DNA from: an uncultured Actinomycetota bacterium
GTDB lineage: Bacteria; Actinomycetota; Actinomycetes; JAHEKZ01
DNA: 64,000 bases
Direction of reading: 5' to 3'
NCBI GenBank assembly: GCA_963743915.1
Contig: CAVURN010000005.1
Location: 288,001-352,000, forward strand
Made by a program: the position numbers and the translations under genes. Below, piece after piece: positions 43,451-53,333 of the stretch. Within the stretch, counting starts at the first letter, position 1. The number at the start of each line of letters is the position of its first letter. The notes beneath the pieces were generated by a model, which worked only from the letters and a program-made list of their open reading frames with translations, was not told the DNA's origin and did not search any database.

Positions 43451-44964
43451 GCGCTGCCTTCCGGATCGCCCGTCCCGCCGCGCTCATTCTCCCCCGACCC
43501 GGTTGCGCTGTCATCGGCGGGCACCGCCTCTGTCGTCGCGGGCTCGACGGCGGCCTCGGCCGCCCGGGCGGACGCGGACCCGCTCCGCTTGCGCAGCACC
43601 CAGCCCAGGATCGTCCGCTGCCTGGCACGGCCGACGCCCATCGCGCCGGCGGGGACGTCGTCGGTGATGACCGACCCCGCTGCCGTGTAGGCACCGTCGC
43701 CCACGGTCACCGGGGCGACGAGCATGGTGTCGCTCCCGATCCGCACGTGGTCGCCGATCACCGTCCGGTGCTTCGCGACACCGTCGTAGTTCACGAAGAT
43801 CGTGGCCGCACCGATGTTGGAGCCCTCACCGATCTCCGCATCCCCCACGTACGACAGGTGCGGGACCTTGGAGCCGTCGCCCACGACGGCCTGCTTCGCC
43901 TCGACGAACGCACCGGCACGCGCACCGCGGCCGAGCCGCGTCCCCGGCCTCAGGTACGTGTACGGACCGACGCTGGCGTCCTGCCCGATCACCGCACCCT
44001 CGGCCGTGGTGAAGCGGATCACCGCACCCTCCGCCACCTGCACGTCATGCAGCTGCGACCCCGGACCGACCTCGGCTCCGGCCGCCACCGTGGTCGCACC
44101 GGACAATGCCGTCCACGGGTGGACGACGACGTCGGGCTCGAGGGCGACGTCGACGCCGATGTCGGTGGTCGCCGGGTCGGCGATCGTCACACCGGCCCGC
44201 ATCCATCCCTCGTTGATCCGGGTGCGCATCTCGGCGCGAGCGGCGGCGAGCTGGACGCGGTCGTTGACGCCCATGACCTCATGAGGGTCGTCGACGACCT
44301 CGGCCGCGACCTGTCGACCATCGCTGACGAGCAGCGCGACGACGTCGGTGAGGTACTCCTCGCCCTGGCTGTTGTCGCGCGAGAGGCGACCCAGCGCATC
44401 ACGCAGCAGCTCGGCCGTGAAGGCGTAGATCCCGGAGTTGACCTCGTCGATCGCCAGGGTCTCGTCGTCGGCGTCCCGGTGCTCGACCACGGCGGTGACG
44501 GCGCCGGACGGGTCCCGCACCACGCGCCCGTAGCCTCCCGGGTCGGACATCCGGGCCGTCAGCATGGTCGCTGCCGCCTGGCTGTCCCGGTGCCGCTCGA
44601 CGAGGGACTGGAGCGTCCCGGTGCGCAGCAGCGGGGTGTCACCGCTCACCACCAGCACCGTGCCCGCCAGCTGTGGCATGGCGCCCAACGCGATCCTGAC
44701 CGCATGTCCGGTGCCGTCCTGCTGCTCCTGGACGACCGGTTCGGCGCGGGGGCCGACGAGGGCCAGGTGGTCGGTGACGGCGTCGCGCGCATGTCCGACG
44801 ACGACCAGGGTGCGCTCAGGCTGCAAGGGCGCGACGGCGTCCAGCACGTGTCCGAGCATCGAACGGCCGAGGAAACCGTGCAGGACCTTGGGAGTATTCG
44901 ACTTCATCCGAGTGCCCTCACCGGCGGCGAGGACCACCACGGCAGCCGGACGGCTCGGGTTCAC
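43447..44964 (-). CDS. glmU: Bifunctional GlmU
   Basis: [22 protein letters not shown], hexapeptide repeats, [12 protein letters not shown]. Confidence 0.97.
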   Translation of the reverse strand: MNPSRPAAVVVLAAGEGTRMKSNTPKVLHGFLGRSMLGHVLDAVAPLQPERTLVVVGHARDAVTDHLALVGPRAEPVVQEQQDGTGHAVRIALGAMPQLAGTVLVVSGDTPLLRTGTLQSLVERHRDSQAAATMLTARMSDPGGYGRVVRDPSGAVTAVVEHRDADDETLAIDEVNSGIYAFTAELLRDALGRLSRDNSQGEEYLTDVVALLVSDGRQVAAEVVDDPHEVMGVNDRVQLAAARAEMRTRINEGWMRAGVTIADPATTDIGVDVALEPDVVVHPWTALSGATTVAAGAEVGPGSQLHDVQVAEGAVIRFTTAEGAVIGQDASVGPYTYLRPGTRLGRGARAGAFVEAKQAVVGDGSKVPHLSYVGDAEIGEGSNIGAATIFVNYDGVAKHRTVIGDHVRIGSDTMLVAPVTVGDGAYTAAGSVITDDVPAGAMGVGRARQRTILGWVLRKRSGSASARAAEAAVEPATTEAVPADDSATGSGENERGGTGDPEGSA

Positions 44965-45049
44965 GGGGCTCCTGGCTCAGCGGGTGGACGGGGGTCGACC
45001 GTCCGCAGGATACCCGGCGGTCCGGTCGGCACCGTCCGCCTGCGGCGGG

Positions 45050-45120
45050 CTCCCGGGGGAGGATTCGAACCCCCATTAACGGGACCAAAACCCGCTGTCC
45101 TGCCCTTAGACGACCCGGGA
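45050..45120 (-). tRNA. tRNA-Gln(TTG)
   Basis: TCCCGGG acceptor stem, GCGGG-TT TTG GT-CCCGT anticodon arm, GGTTCGAATCC; conserved upstream of glmU. Confidence 0.95.
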
Positions 45121-45207
45121 CCGACGGGCCCGTCCGCGACGGGCGCGAGCCCCGGGCGATCAGCCTAACCTGGTGGACGCTCCCGGCCCGCGACTACCAT
45201 CGCGCTC

Positions 45208-45690
45208 GTGTCCGAGACCACGATGGTCGAGCTGGTGAACAGCGCGCTCACCGCCTTCGGCATCTCCGACACCGTCTCCGTCGTCGGCCAGTTCGAGCCT
45301 CGCGGCACGTCCGGCGGGATGTTCCTTGGTGGGATGGTCGGGGGCAGCGCAGGCGGTGCCCTCGGAGGGTCCATGGGCGACGCGATCGGGGTGGGCGCAG
45401 GATCGCTGGCCGGCAGACAGGCGGCCGCGGACGCCGAGGGTCTGCCGCGACAGATGCTGGTCGGTGTCTCCGCATCCATGGTCTACGGGGTCGAGGCCCG
45501 CACTCGCCACTCCGTGCCGGAACGCCTGGTCTTCGGCATCGGGCGCGAGGGTCTCCGGGCCGTCGTGCACCAGCGAGGCATGGTGCGGGTGCTCGAGCTG
45601 ATCCACGACGACACCGGCTCGACGATCGAGCTGGAGGGCAGCCGGGTGCCGGTCACCCACGCCAAGGACGTCATCGACGTCCTGACCTGA
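45208..45690 (+). CDS. Hypothetical protein with glycine-zipper segment
   Basis: GGMFLGGMVGGSAGGALGGSMG; GC3-typical codons; TACCAT -10 7 nt before GTG. Confidence 0.65.
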   Translation: MSETTMVELVNSALTAFGISDTVSVVGQFEPRGTSGGMFLGGMVGGSAGGALGGSMGDAIGVGAGSLAGRQAAADAEGLPRQMLVGVSASMVYGVEARTRHSVPERLVFGIGREGLRAVVHQRGMVRVLELIHDDTGSTIELEGSRVPVTHAKDVIDVLT

Positions 45691-45729
45691 AGGTCGAGCC
45701 CGCCCAGCCCAAGGGGTCCTGTCTCGACA

Positions 45730-45762
45730 AGTTACGCTTCCGTAGGTTACGGTGCCGTAACT
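45730..45762. promoter_or_regulatory. Tandem palindromic operator upstream of the desaturase-TetR operon
   Basis: GTTACG-cttc-CGTAGG (45731-46) overlapping GTTACG-gtgc-CGTAAC (45746-61). Confidence 0.75.
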
Positions 45763-45776
45763 AGAAGGGAGTCCGA

Positions 45777-46725
45777 ATGACGACGGACCTCACCACGCTC
45801 TACAACCCCCCGGTGGACCCCGCCGCCGTTGACGCACCCCCTCGCCAGAGCGCCTTTCACCGCTTCTGGCTCTACTACTTCATCATCGTGCCGCTGCTGG
45901 CCCTGGTCGCCGCCATCCCCCTGGCGTGGGGCGGTTTCGTCGGGCCGGTCGACCTGGTCCTGCTGGTCGTCTTCTACGCGGTGAGCGCGACGGGCATCAC
46001 GGTCGGATTCCACCGGCACTTCACCCACGGCGCCTTCAAGGCCAAGCCATGGGTCCGCGTGATGCTGGCCGTCGCCGGGCAGCCTCGCGATCGAGGGTCC
46101 GCTCGACCAGTGGGTCGCCGACCACCGCAAGCACCACGCCTTCAGCGACAAGGAAGGTGACCCGCACTCCCCCTGGCGTTTCGGTGACTCCGTCCCCGCG
46201 CTGCTCAAGGGGCTGTACTACGCGCACATGGGGTGGTTCTTCGACGACGGCCACAGCTCCCGTGCCAAGTACGCGCCCGACCTGCTCGAGGACCGGGCGA
46301 TGCGTCGCGTCTCCGCGAACTTCGGCTGGCTGGTGCTCGCGTCGGTGCTGCTCCCTGCCCTGCTCGGCGGGCTGCTCACGTGGTCGTGGTGGGGCGTCGT
46401 GACCGGTCTGGTGTGGGGCGGCTTCATCCGGATCGCCCTCGTCCACCACATCACCTGGTCGATCAACTCGATCTGCCACGTGATGGGGGAACACCCGTTC
46501 AAGTCACGCGACCGTTCCGGGAATGTCTGGTGGCTCGCGATCCCGTCGTTCGGCGAGAGCTGGCACAACCTGCACCACGCCGACCCCACCTGCGCCCGTC
46601 ACGGCGTCGAGAAGGGGCAGATCGACATCAGCGCACGACTGATCCGGTGGATGGAGAAGGCCGGGTGGGTCTGGGACGTCCGCTGGCCCAAACGCACCAG
46701 GCTGGAAGCCCGTCGCGCCGGATGA
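45777..46725 (+). CDS. Acyl-CoA (delta-9) desaturase (frameshift near 46080)
   Basis: His boxes GFHRHFTH, DHRKHH..SD..GDPHSP, GESWHNLHH. Confidence 0.9.
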
Positions 46726-47354
46726 GCGAGCCCCAGGAGCGACGACGCTCCCGGATGACGAGCGCCGCGCGTCGCGAACAGCTGCTGCAGGTGGGGCGCT
46801 CGCTCTTCGCCGAACGCGGGTTCGAGGCGACCTCGGTCGAGGAGATCGCGTCCAAGGCCGACGTCTCCAAGCCCGTGGTCTACGAGCACTTCGGCGGCAA
46901 GGAGGGCCTGTACGCGGTCATCGTCGACCGCGAGATGCAGAAGCTGCTCGGCATGGTCGAGGGCGCACTCACCGAGGACCATCCCCGTCGGCTGCTCGAG
47001 CAGGCCGCCCTCGCGCTGCTCACCTACATCGAGCAGGACACCGACGGTTTCCGCATCCTGGTCCGCGACTCGCCGGTGGCGACCTCGACCGGCACCTTCG
47101 CCAGCCTGATCGTCGACATCGCCGGCCAGGTCGAGCACCTGCTGGCGGGCGAGTTCAAGGCTCGCGGGTTCGACGTCAAGTACGCGCCCATGTACTCACA
47201 GATGCTCGTGGGCATGGTGGCGCTCACCGGGCAGTGGTGGGTCGACGTGCGCAAGCCGAAGAAGGCTGAGGTCGCCGCCCACCTGGTGAACCTGGCCTGG
47301 AACGGACTGCGCGACCTCGAGGCCAAGCCGAAGCTGGGTGGCGATCGGGCATGA
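46722..47354 (+). CDS. TetR-family regulator (Rv1019-like)
   Basis: RREQL..VGRSLFAERGFE.TSVEEIA...VSKPVVYEHFGGKEGL; ATGA overlap. Confidence 0.92.
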   Translation: MSEPQERRRSRMTSAARREQLLQVGRSLFAERGFEATSVEEIASKADVSKPVVYEHFGGKEGLYAVIVDREMQKLLGMVEGALTEDHPRRLLEQAALALLTYIEQDTDGFRILVRDSPVATSTGTFASLIVDIAGQVEHLLAGEFKARGFDVKYAPMYSQMLVGMVALTGQWWVDVRKPKKAEVAAHLVNLAWNGLRDLEAKPKLGGDRA

Positions 47355-47403
47355 GGTGCGTCGATCCTTCCCCCCTCGGAGGGCAAGGGTTAGCGTTCAG
47401 ACC

Positions 47404-47955
47404 ATGAGCGACCAGACGCCGCAGGACCCTTACGCCGTCCCACCGCCGGGGAGCGTGCCGCCACCTCCCCCACCCCAGGCGACCCCGGGCGCACCGCCCC
47501 CCGCGGTCCCTCCGGCCGGTGGGTACCCGCCCCCGCCGCCCGCCGGGTACCCGGCGCCGACGTACCCCGCGGCCGGTTACCCCGGTGGCCAGCCCAAGCG
47601 GGGTCACAGTGGGCTCGCCATCACGGCACTGGTCGTCGCGGTCGTCGTGGTCTTCATCTGCTGGATCCCGTTCATCGGGGCGGGCGCAGCCCTCATCGCC
47701 CTGATCCTCGGCGTCGTCGCCTGGGTCACGTCCAAGAGCGCCGGTCGGCCGATCAGTCTCGCCGTCGCCGCCACGATTCTCAGCATCCTCACCCTGCTCG
47801 CGGGAATCGCGATCACCATCGGATTCATCGCTCTGGTCGACAAGGCGCAGGAAGCCGACCGGTTCTGCCTGCGCACGACGACCACGCAGGCCGAGTACGA
47901 CCAGTGCTTCGAGGACCGGGTCTCCAGCTGGTTCGGCATCGAACCCAGCCCGTGA
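47404..47955 (+). CDS. Pro-rich DUF4190-like membrane protein
   Basis: PPPP/GYP N-terminus, GLAI.ALV TM helices, C-terminal C-x9-C. Confidence 0.72.
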   Translation: MSDQTPQDPYAVPPPGSVPPPPPPQATPGAPPPAVPPAGGYPPPPPAGYPAPTYPAAGYPGGQPKRGHSGLAITALVVAVVVVFICWIPFIGAGAALIALILGVVAWVTSKSAGRPISLAVAATILSILTLLAGIAITIGFIALVDKAQEADRFCLRTTTTQAEYDQCFEDRVSSWFGIEPSP

Positions 47956-48476
47956 CCACCGGCGACGCCACACGTGACCGCGACGAGGTCGACGACCTCG
48001 TCGCGGCATGGCGGCGAGAGCGCCCGGACCTCGATGTGGCACCGCTGGAGGTGCTCAGCCGGGTGAGCCGACTCGCGCGCCACCTCGACCGTGCGCGTGG
48101 CCAGGCATTCTCACGGCACAGCCTCGAGGGCTGGGAGTTCGACGTGCTCGCAGCGCTGCGACGATCCGGTGAACCGTACGAGCTCTCCCCGGGCAAGCTG
48201 CTGCAGCAGACCCTCGTCACGTCGGGCACGATGACGAACCGCATTGACCGGCTCGCCGCACGTGGGCTGGTCGAGCGTCATCCCGCGCTGGACGACCGAC
48301 GCAGCATCATGGTGCAGCTCACCGAAGCGGGGGCGACGAAGGTGGACGCCGCGCTGATCGACCTGCTCGCCCACGAGCAGGCGATCCTCGCCGAGCTGGA
48401 CGCCGACGACCAGGAGACCCTCACCACCCTGCTACGGAGGGTGCTCCTCCCCTTCGACCGGAACGCAGCCAAGTAG
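47952..48476 (+). CDS. tamR: MarR-family regulator, TamR/UrtR subfamily
   Basis: DEVD.LVAAWRRERPDLDV.PLEVLSRVSRLARHLDRAR, EFDVL.ALRRSG.PY.LSPG, TSGTMTNRIDRL. Confidence 0.85.
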   Translation: MTTGDATRDRDEVDDLVAAWRRERPDLDVAPLEVLSRVSRLARHLDRARGQAFSRHSLEGWEFDVLAALRRSGEPYELSPGKLLQQTLVTSGTMTNRIDRLAARGLVERHPALDDRRSIMVQLTEAGATKVDAALIDLLAHEQAILAELDADDQETLTTLLRRVLLPFDRNAAK

Positions 48477-48523
48477 CCCGCCCAGCAGCCGAGACGTCCA
48501 CCCGCTCAGCACTCGGCGGGAGA

Positions 48524-49234
48524 TCAGTCAGCCGCGATGTAGCGTCCGTCGCGCAGGACAGGGACCACGTCGTCGACATCCACCTGCTCGGCCAGTCGCA
48601 CGTCATCGGGGAAGCCCCAGTCGATCAGCTCGCGCCCGGACGGCACGCCCGCCAGCGAGTCCCGGTCGCGGAACGCGGCGACCGCTGCGCGCGCCTCCGG
48701 AGCCAGCTGCACGTTCGGGTCGAGGGCGAGCAGCCGCTCGGCGATCGCGCCGGAACCGACGTGGTCCTCGTAACAGACGCGGAGCGCACCATCGGGCCAC
48801 TGCTCGCCGGCAGGCACGAGACCGACGGTGCGGAACCGTCCCTGCAGCCAGCGGGCCACGGCTGACGCGTTCCGGAGCGAACCGGCCACCACGGTGAGGC
48901 CGGACATCAGGGCAGCGTGGGAGATCACCGAGCCGTTGGCCGACGGCATGATCAGCCGTTCACCGTCCTGCACGTCGAGCAGGCTGGCGGGTGACAGGGT
49001 CCGTCCCTCGCGCATGTTGCGCCCCCGCACCAGGGTGGCACCGATCGCCCGGGCGAGCTGTTCGGCGCGCTCGTGGCCACTGTGCGGCCACACCGCCGCG
49101 CCACGCGCGACGGCCACGGCGACGGATGTGGAGAACGACAGCACGTCGACGATCACGACGCACTCGCACGTCTCCGAGAGCAGGCGGAGTCCGCGCGGCC
49201 CCCACTCCAGCTGCACCACTGTGGGGTCGACCAT
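48524..49234 (-). CDS. comB: 2-phosphosulfolactate phosphatase (ComB family)
   Basis: VIVDVLSFST, LSP, S.NG, SLRNA.AVA, AGE.W, ED..G. Confidence 0.8.
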   Translation of the reverse strand: MVDPTVVQLEWGPRGLRLLSETCECVVIVDVLSFSTSVAVAVARGAAVWPHSGHERAEQLARAIGATLVRGRNMREGRTLSPASLLDVQDGERLIMPSANGSVISHAALMSGLTVVAGSLRNASAVARWLQGRFRTVGLVPAGEQWPDGALRVCYEDHVGSGAIAERLLALDPNVQLAPEARAAVAAFRDRDSLAGVPSGRELIDWGFPDDVRLAEQVDVDDVVPVLRDGRYIAAD

Positions 49235-50133
49235 CAGTCGACCACCCGCGCTCCGGCCACCGGACCCACAGCAGACACGACCGTCCGGCAGGTGCCCGAC
49301 GAGGTGAGGGCGACGGCGAGGTCGAGGGCGTGCTCCTCGTCGCGGGCCAGGAAGGCGCAGGTGGGGCCCGATCCGGAGACCAGGGCACCCAGGGCGCCGT
49401 ACTCCTCCCCGACGTCGAGGGTCATCGCCAGACCGGGGCGCAGCGACACCGCCGCGCGCTGCAGCTCGTTGTGCAGGACACCGCCCAAGGACACGGCGTT
49501 TCCCGACCGCAGCGCGGCCATCACCCGGTCCGAGACGCGCGGCTCCGGCAGCACCGAACCCGCCCGCATGCGGTCGAGCTCGGCGTAGACGTCCGGGGTC
49601 GAGAGCCCGCCGTCGGCGAACGCGAACACCCAGTGGAAATGACCCCGCGCCAGCACGGGTGTGAGCTTCTCGCCGCGCCCGAGCCCCATCGCGGTGTGTC
49701 CCACCAGCCCGAACGGCACGTCCGAACCGACGGAGGCGGCAAGGTCGACCAGCACCTCCCGCTCGAGGTGCGCCTCCCAGAGCCGGTCGAGGGCGAGCAG
49801 CGCTCCGGCCGCGTCGGCACTGCCTCCGGCCATGCCGGCGGCCACGGGGATCGCCTTGTGGATGTGCAGGTGCGCTCTGGGCTCGACGCCGAGGTGCTCG
49901 GCGAGCGCCCGGGCAGCGACCAGGGCCAGGTTCTCGTCATCGACGGGAACCGTGTCAGCGCCCTCGCCCTCGACGCTGACGGTGAGATGGTCGCCGGGGA
50001 GGGCAGTGACGTCGTCGAAGAGCGAGACTGCCTGAAAGACCGTGGCCAGGTCGTGGTAGCCGTCCTTGCGCGGAGTGCCGACGATCAGCTCGAGGTTCAC
50101 CTTGGCCGGGACCCGCACGGTGACCGGACTCAC
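49234..50133 (-). CDS. ispE: 4-diphosphocytidyl-2-C-methyl-D-erythritol kinase
   Basis: PAKVNL, DGYH.L, K.IPVAAGMAGGSADAA, GSDVPF, SGSGPT. Confidence 0.96.
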   Translation of the reverse strand: MSPVTVRVPAKVNLELIVGTPRKDGYHDLATVFQAVSLFDDVTALPGDHLTVSVEGEGADTVPVDDENLALVAARALAEHLGVEPRAHLHIHKAIPVAAGMAGGSADAAGALLALDRLWEAHLEREVLVDLAASVGSDVPFGLVGHTAMGLGRGEKLTPVLARGHFHWVFAFADGGLSTPDVYAELDRMRAGSVLPEPRVSDRVMAALRSGNAVSLGGVLHNELQRAAVSLRPGLAMTLDVGEEYGALGALVSGSGPTCAFLARDEEHALDLAVALTSSGTCRTVVSAVGPVAGARVVD

Positions 50134-50208
50134 CCACACGCTCCCCTCGTCACCTGCTCATGGCCCGCCGACGGTGGGCTCGCTCAGTCTGTCAGCAATC
50201 CGGTCGGG

Positions 50209-51099
50209 TCACCTGCGCATATCCGGGCGCCTGTCCGGGCGCAGGTCGGGGTGGTGGGCGGCGACCGCCGCGAAGTCGGAGACCGACAACCGTTCGCCAC
50301 GCGTCGCGGGATCGACCCCTGCCGCCCGGAGTGCGGACTCAGCCCTCTGGGCGTCCCCCGCCCAACCGGCCAGGGCCGACCGAAGGCTCTTGCGGCGCTG
50401 GGCGAAGGCCGCGTCGATGCAGGCGAAGACCTGCTCCCGACTGGCGGTCGTCGTCGGCGGGAGTCGGCGACGGAAGGCGACGAGACCGGAGTCGACGTTC
50501 GGAACCGGCCAGAACACCGACTGCGGCACCCGTCCCGCACGGGTGACCTCGGCGTACCAGGCAGCCTTCGCGCTCGGCACCCCGTACACCTTGCTGCCCG
50601 GTGGCGCCGCCAACCGCTCAGCGACCTCGAGCTGCACCATCACGAGCCCGTGCTCCAACGAGGGGAAGCGCTCGAGCAGGTGGAGGACCACCGGAACGGC
50701 GACGTTGTACGGGAGGTTGGCGACCAGCGCCGTCGGCGCCTCGGGGAGCTCGTCCACCCGCAGGGCGTCCTGCTGGACGACGGTCAGCCGCCCGGCGACG
50801 GCGGGGGCACGGGTGGCGACGGTCTCCGGAAGCGCGCGCGCCAGGACCGGGTCGATCTCGACCGCCAGCACCCGCCGGCACTCCGGCAACAGACCGAGGG
50901 TGAGGGACCCGAGGCCGGGACCGACCTCGACGACGACGTCGTCGGCGACGACCCGGGCGACACGGACGATCCGGCGCACCGTGTTGGCGTCGACGACGAA
51001 GTTCTGCCCCCAGCGCTTCGTGGGGTGGAGGTCCAGCCGCCGAGCAAGCTCGCGGACGGCGGCTGCGCCGAGCAGGGCCGACTCTTCAGGAGAGGTCAC
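50209..51099 (-). CDS. rsmA: 16S rRNA dimethyladenosine transferase RsmA/KsgA
   Basis: [30 protein letters not shown]. Confidence 0.96.
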   Translation of the reverse strand: MTSPEESALLGAAAVRELARRLDLHPTKRWGQNFVVDANTVRRIVRVARVVADDVVVEVGPGLGSLTLGLLPECRRVLAVEIDPVLARALPETVATRAPAVAGRLTVVQQDALRVDELPEAPTALVANLPYNVAVPVVLHLLERFPSLEHGLVMVQLEVAERLAAPPGSKVYGVPSAKAAWYAEVTRAGRVPQSVFWPVPNVDSGLVAFRRRLPPTTTASREQVFACIDAAFAQRRKSLRSALAGWAGDAQRAESALRAAGVDPATRGERLSVSDFAAVAAHHPDLRPDRRPDMRR

Positions 51100-51129
51100 G
51101 ACGTCCAGTCTGCCGCGGCAGCGGTGGGA

Positions 51130-52224
51130 TCAGCTGAACAGCAGAGGGCCGCACACCGGCCACTGGCCAGCCCCTGAACGCTGGTAGAGGACCTGCGCCC
51201 GGTACGTCTGTTCCGACGGGCTCGCGTCGACGGGGTTTCCGGTGCCGCCCACGGAGTACCAGGTGGAGAGAGCGAACTGGTACAGCCCGTAGTACCCGGC
51301 CGGGTTGACCGCGCGTGGGTTGCCGCCCGACTCGCAGCCGGCGAGGGCGGCCCAGTTCAGACCCTCAGCCCCGGTGGCCGGTGCCGAGAACGGACGCGGT
51401 GTGGTGCCGTACGCGACGACCTGGCGGCGTGGCTCGCTCAGGACCCTGCGGTCGAGGCGACGCTCGCGAACGACCACCCCGTCGTGCCGCACCACCCGGC
51501 TGATGACCACGCCGCGGCCGTCGCGTCCGCGCTGCAGCACCTTCTGCTGACCGACGTAGAGGTCGGAGTCGGCGCGCCGCACGACGTCGTGGTCGATGGT
51601 GAACGCGTGGCGCACCGTGGCGACCTTCACGCGGGTCACGACGATCTCCATGCCGGTCTGGACCTCGCGGCCGAGTGGCACGCTCACGATGTCGTCGCCT
51701 CGGAGCGGCACCCCGGCCTCACGCAGGACTCCCGCCACGTTCTGCGCCGTCGTGACGACAGTGGTCCGCCGCTGGTCGTGCAGCACCGTCACCCGATCCG
51801 GCAGCAGGACGCCGACCCGTGCTCCGGTGAGGGGCACCCGCTCGCTGCGGGACGCCACGACCTCGGCGCTGTCCGTCCTGAGGTCGAGATCGGCGAGCGC
51901 CTCGTCGACGGTGAGCTCGGTCGTCCAGATCTGGGTCGGCTCGCCGTCGACGACCACCTGCAACGGGCGTGCGTGACGGACCTGCACCCGCTCGGCTTCC
52001 GTGACGGGGGTGACCGGGTCCGGGACGACGAGGTCACGGTCGTTCACGACGACACCCTGCTCGGTGAGCAGCTCGCCGACGGTGTCGGCGCGCGTCTCGA
52101 CGGTGCTGAGCTGACCGTCGACCTCGAGCGACACGGGATGGTCGCTGGAGGTGAACCCGGAGACGGCGAGCACGAGGACCGCCGCGAGGGCGCCCTCGAG
52201 CACGAGCAAGATCGGCTTGAACAC
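51130..52224 (-). CDS. rpfB: Resuscitation-promoting factor RpfB (DUF348 repeats + G5 + Rpf domain)
   Basis: W..LA.CESGGN...YYGLYQF..STW...EQ...A......G..QWP.C; tatD-rpfB-rsmA-ispE synteny. Confidence 0.93.
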   Translation of the reverse strand: MFKPILLVLEGALAAVLVLAVSGFTSSDHPVSLEVDGQLSTVETRADTVGELLTEQGVVVNDRDLVVPDPVTPVTEAERVQVRHARPLQVVVDGEPTQIWTTELTVDEALADLDLRTDSAEVVASRSERVPLTGARVGVLLPDRVTVLHDQRRTTVVTTAQNVAGVLREAGVPLRGDDIVSVPLGREVQTGMEIVVTRVKVATVRHAFTIDHDVVRRADSDLYVGQQKVLQRGRDGRGVVISRVVRHDGVVVRERRLDRRVLSEPRRQVVAYGTTPRPFSAPATGAEGLNWAALAGCESGGNPRAVNPAGYYGLYQFALSTWYSVGGTGNPVDASPSEQTYRAQVLYQRSGAGQWPVCGPLLFS

Positions 52225-52290
52225 CCGACCGACGCTAGCGGCGGGCACCCCTGGGGGGCCAACTCGAGTCCACAACCCACAGACCCCACG

Positions 52291-52317
52291 GAGTCAACCT
52301 CGAGTAGAGGTTCACTC
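52291..52317. promoter_or_regulatory. Imperfect 27-bp palindrome upstream of rpfB
   Basis: GAGTCAACCTCGAGTAGAGGTTCACTC. Confidence 0.6.
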
Positions 52318-52340
52318 TTACGACGGCCGCTCGGCCGCGC

Positions 52341-53232
52341 CTACCAGGGCCCGAAAGCCCGGTCGGTGTTGGCCGCCACCACCGCGCCGAGTGCCGCGAG
52401 GTCGACCTCCTTGACGGCGGCCATCGTGTGCAGCGTCACAGGGACCAGGTAGGAGGCGTTGGGGCGTCCACGGTGTGGGAGCGGAGCGAGGAAGGGCGCG
52501 TCGGTCTCGACGAGCACGAGCTCGAGGGGGGCCGCGACGAGAGCCTCCCGCAGGTGCTCGTTCGCCTTGAAGGTGACCGTCCCGGCGAACGACATGAACC
52601 ACCCGTGCTCGGCGCAGCGTCGAGCGAGGTCCGGGCCGCCGGAGAAGCAGTGGAACACGACCCTGTCGGGTGCGCCCTCGGACAGCAGCACCGAGACGAC
52701 GTCGTCGTGCGCATCCCGGTCGTGGATCACCAGCGTGCGGTCGAGCCGCTTGGCCAGGTCGATGTGCCGCCGGAAGGACTCCTCCTGCGCGGCGCGCCCG
52801 TCCTCGCCGGTGCGGAAGTGGTCGAGGCCCGTCTCCCCCACGGCGCGCACCCGGGCATCGCCGGCGAGTGCGGCGATCGTCGCGAAGGCTTCCTCGAAGG
52901 TTCCGTCGGCCGACCAGCCGAGGGGCTTCGTTCGGATGCAGCGCCACCGCGGCCACGACCTGGGGGTGGCGGTGCGCGGTCTCGACACCGAAGCGTGAGC
53001 TCACCACGTCGTAGCCCACCTGCACCACCCGGGTGACGCCGACCGAGCCGGCCAGCTGCAGCGCCCGTTCGACGGTGAGTCCCGGGCCGTGCTTGCTCTC
53101 GTCGAACGCGATGTCGAGGTGGCAGTGACTGTCCGGGACGTCGACCGGCAGGCGCTCCGGCAGCGGAGGCCAGCTCCCCGTGCCGGGGGTCGGCGCAGCG
53201 GATTCCGGGGACGAGTCGGACAGGTCGGGCAT
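52341..53232 (-). CDS. tatD: TatD nuclease (frameshift near 52920)
   Basis: DSHCHLD, LHPNEA, VGETGLD, IHDRDAH, HCFSG, ETDAPFL.P. Confidence 0.92.
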
Positions 53233-53333
53233 CCGCCCATCGTGACAGACCCGAACTTCGCGAATCCGTTGACACCGGCTGCTCGGCGGTCGACGATCGG
53301 CGGGCCCGGTTGCCCGACCGCACGGAGGAAGCC

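Noticed and set aside
48991-51177. Long antisense/alternate-frame ORFs (728 aa here; also 24747-26549, 61195-63066, 5660-7363, 40751-42433)
   Set aside because: Shadow ORFs of well-supported genes, expected in high-GC DNA; Arg/Gly/Pro-rich with no motifs
52225-52340. c-di-AMP (ydaO) riboswitch before rpfB
   Set aside because: The gap is only about 115 bp, lacks recognisable ydaO motifs, and the gene looks leaderless
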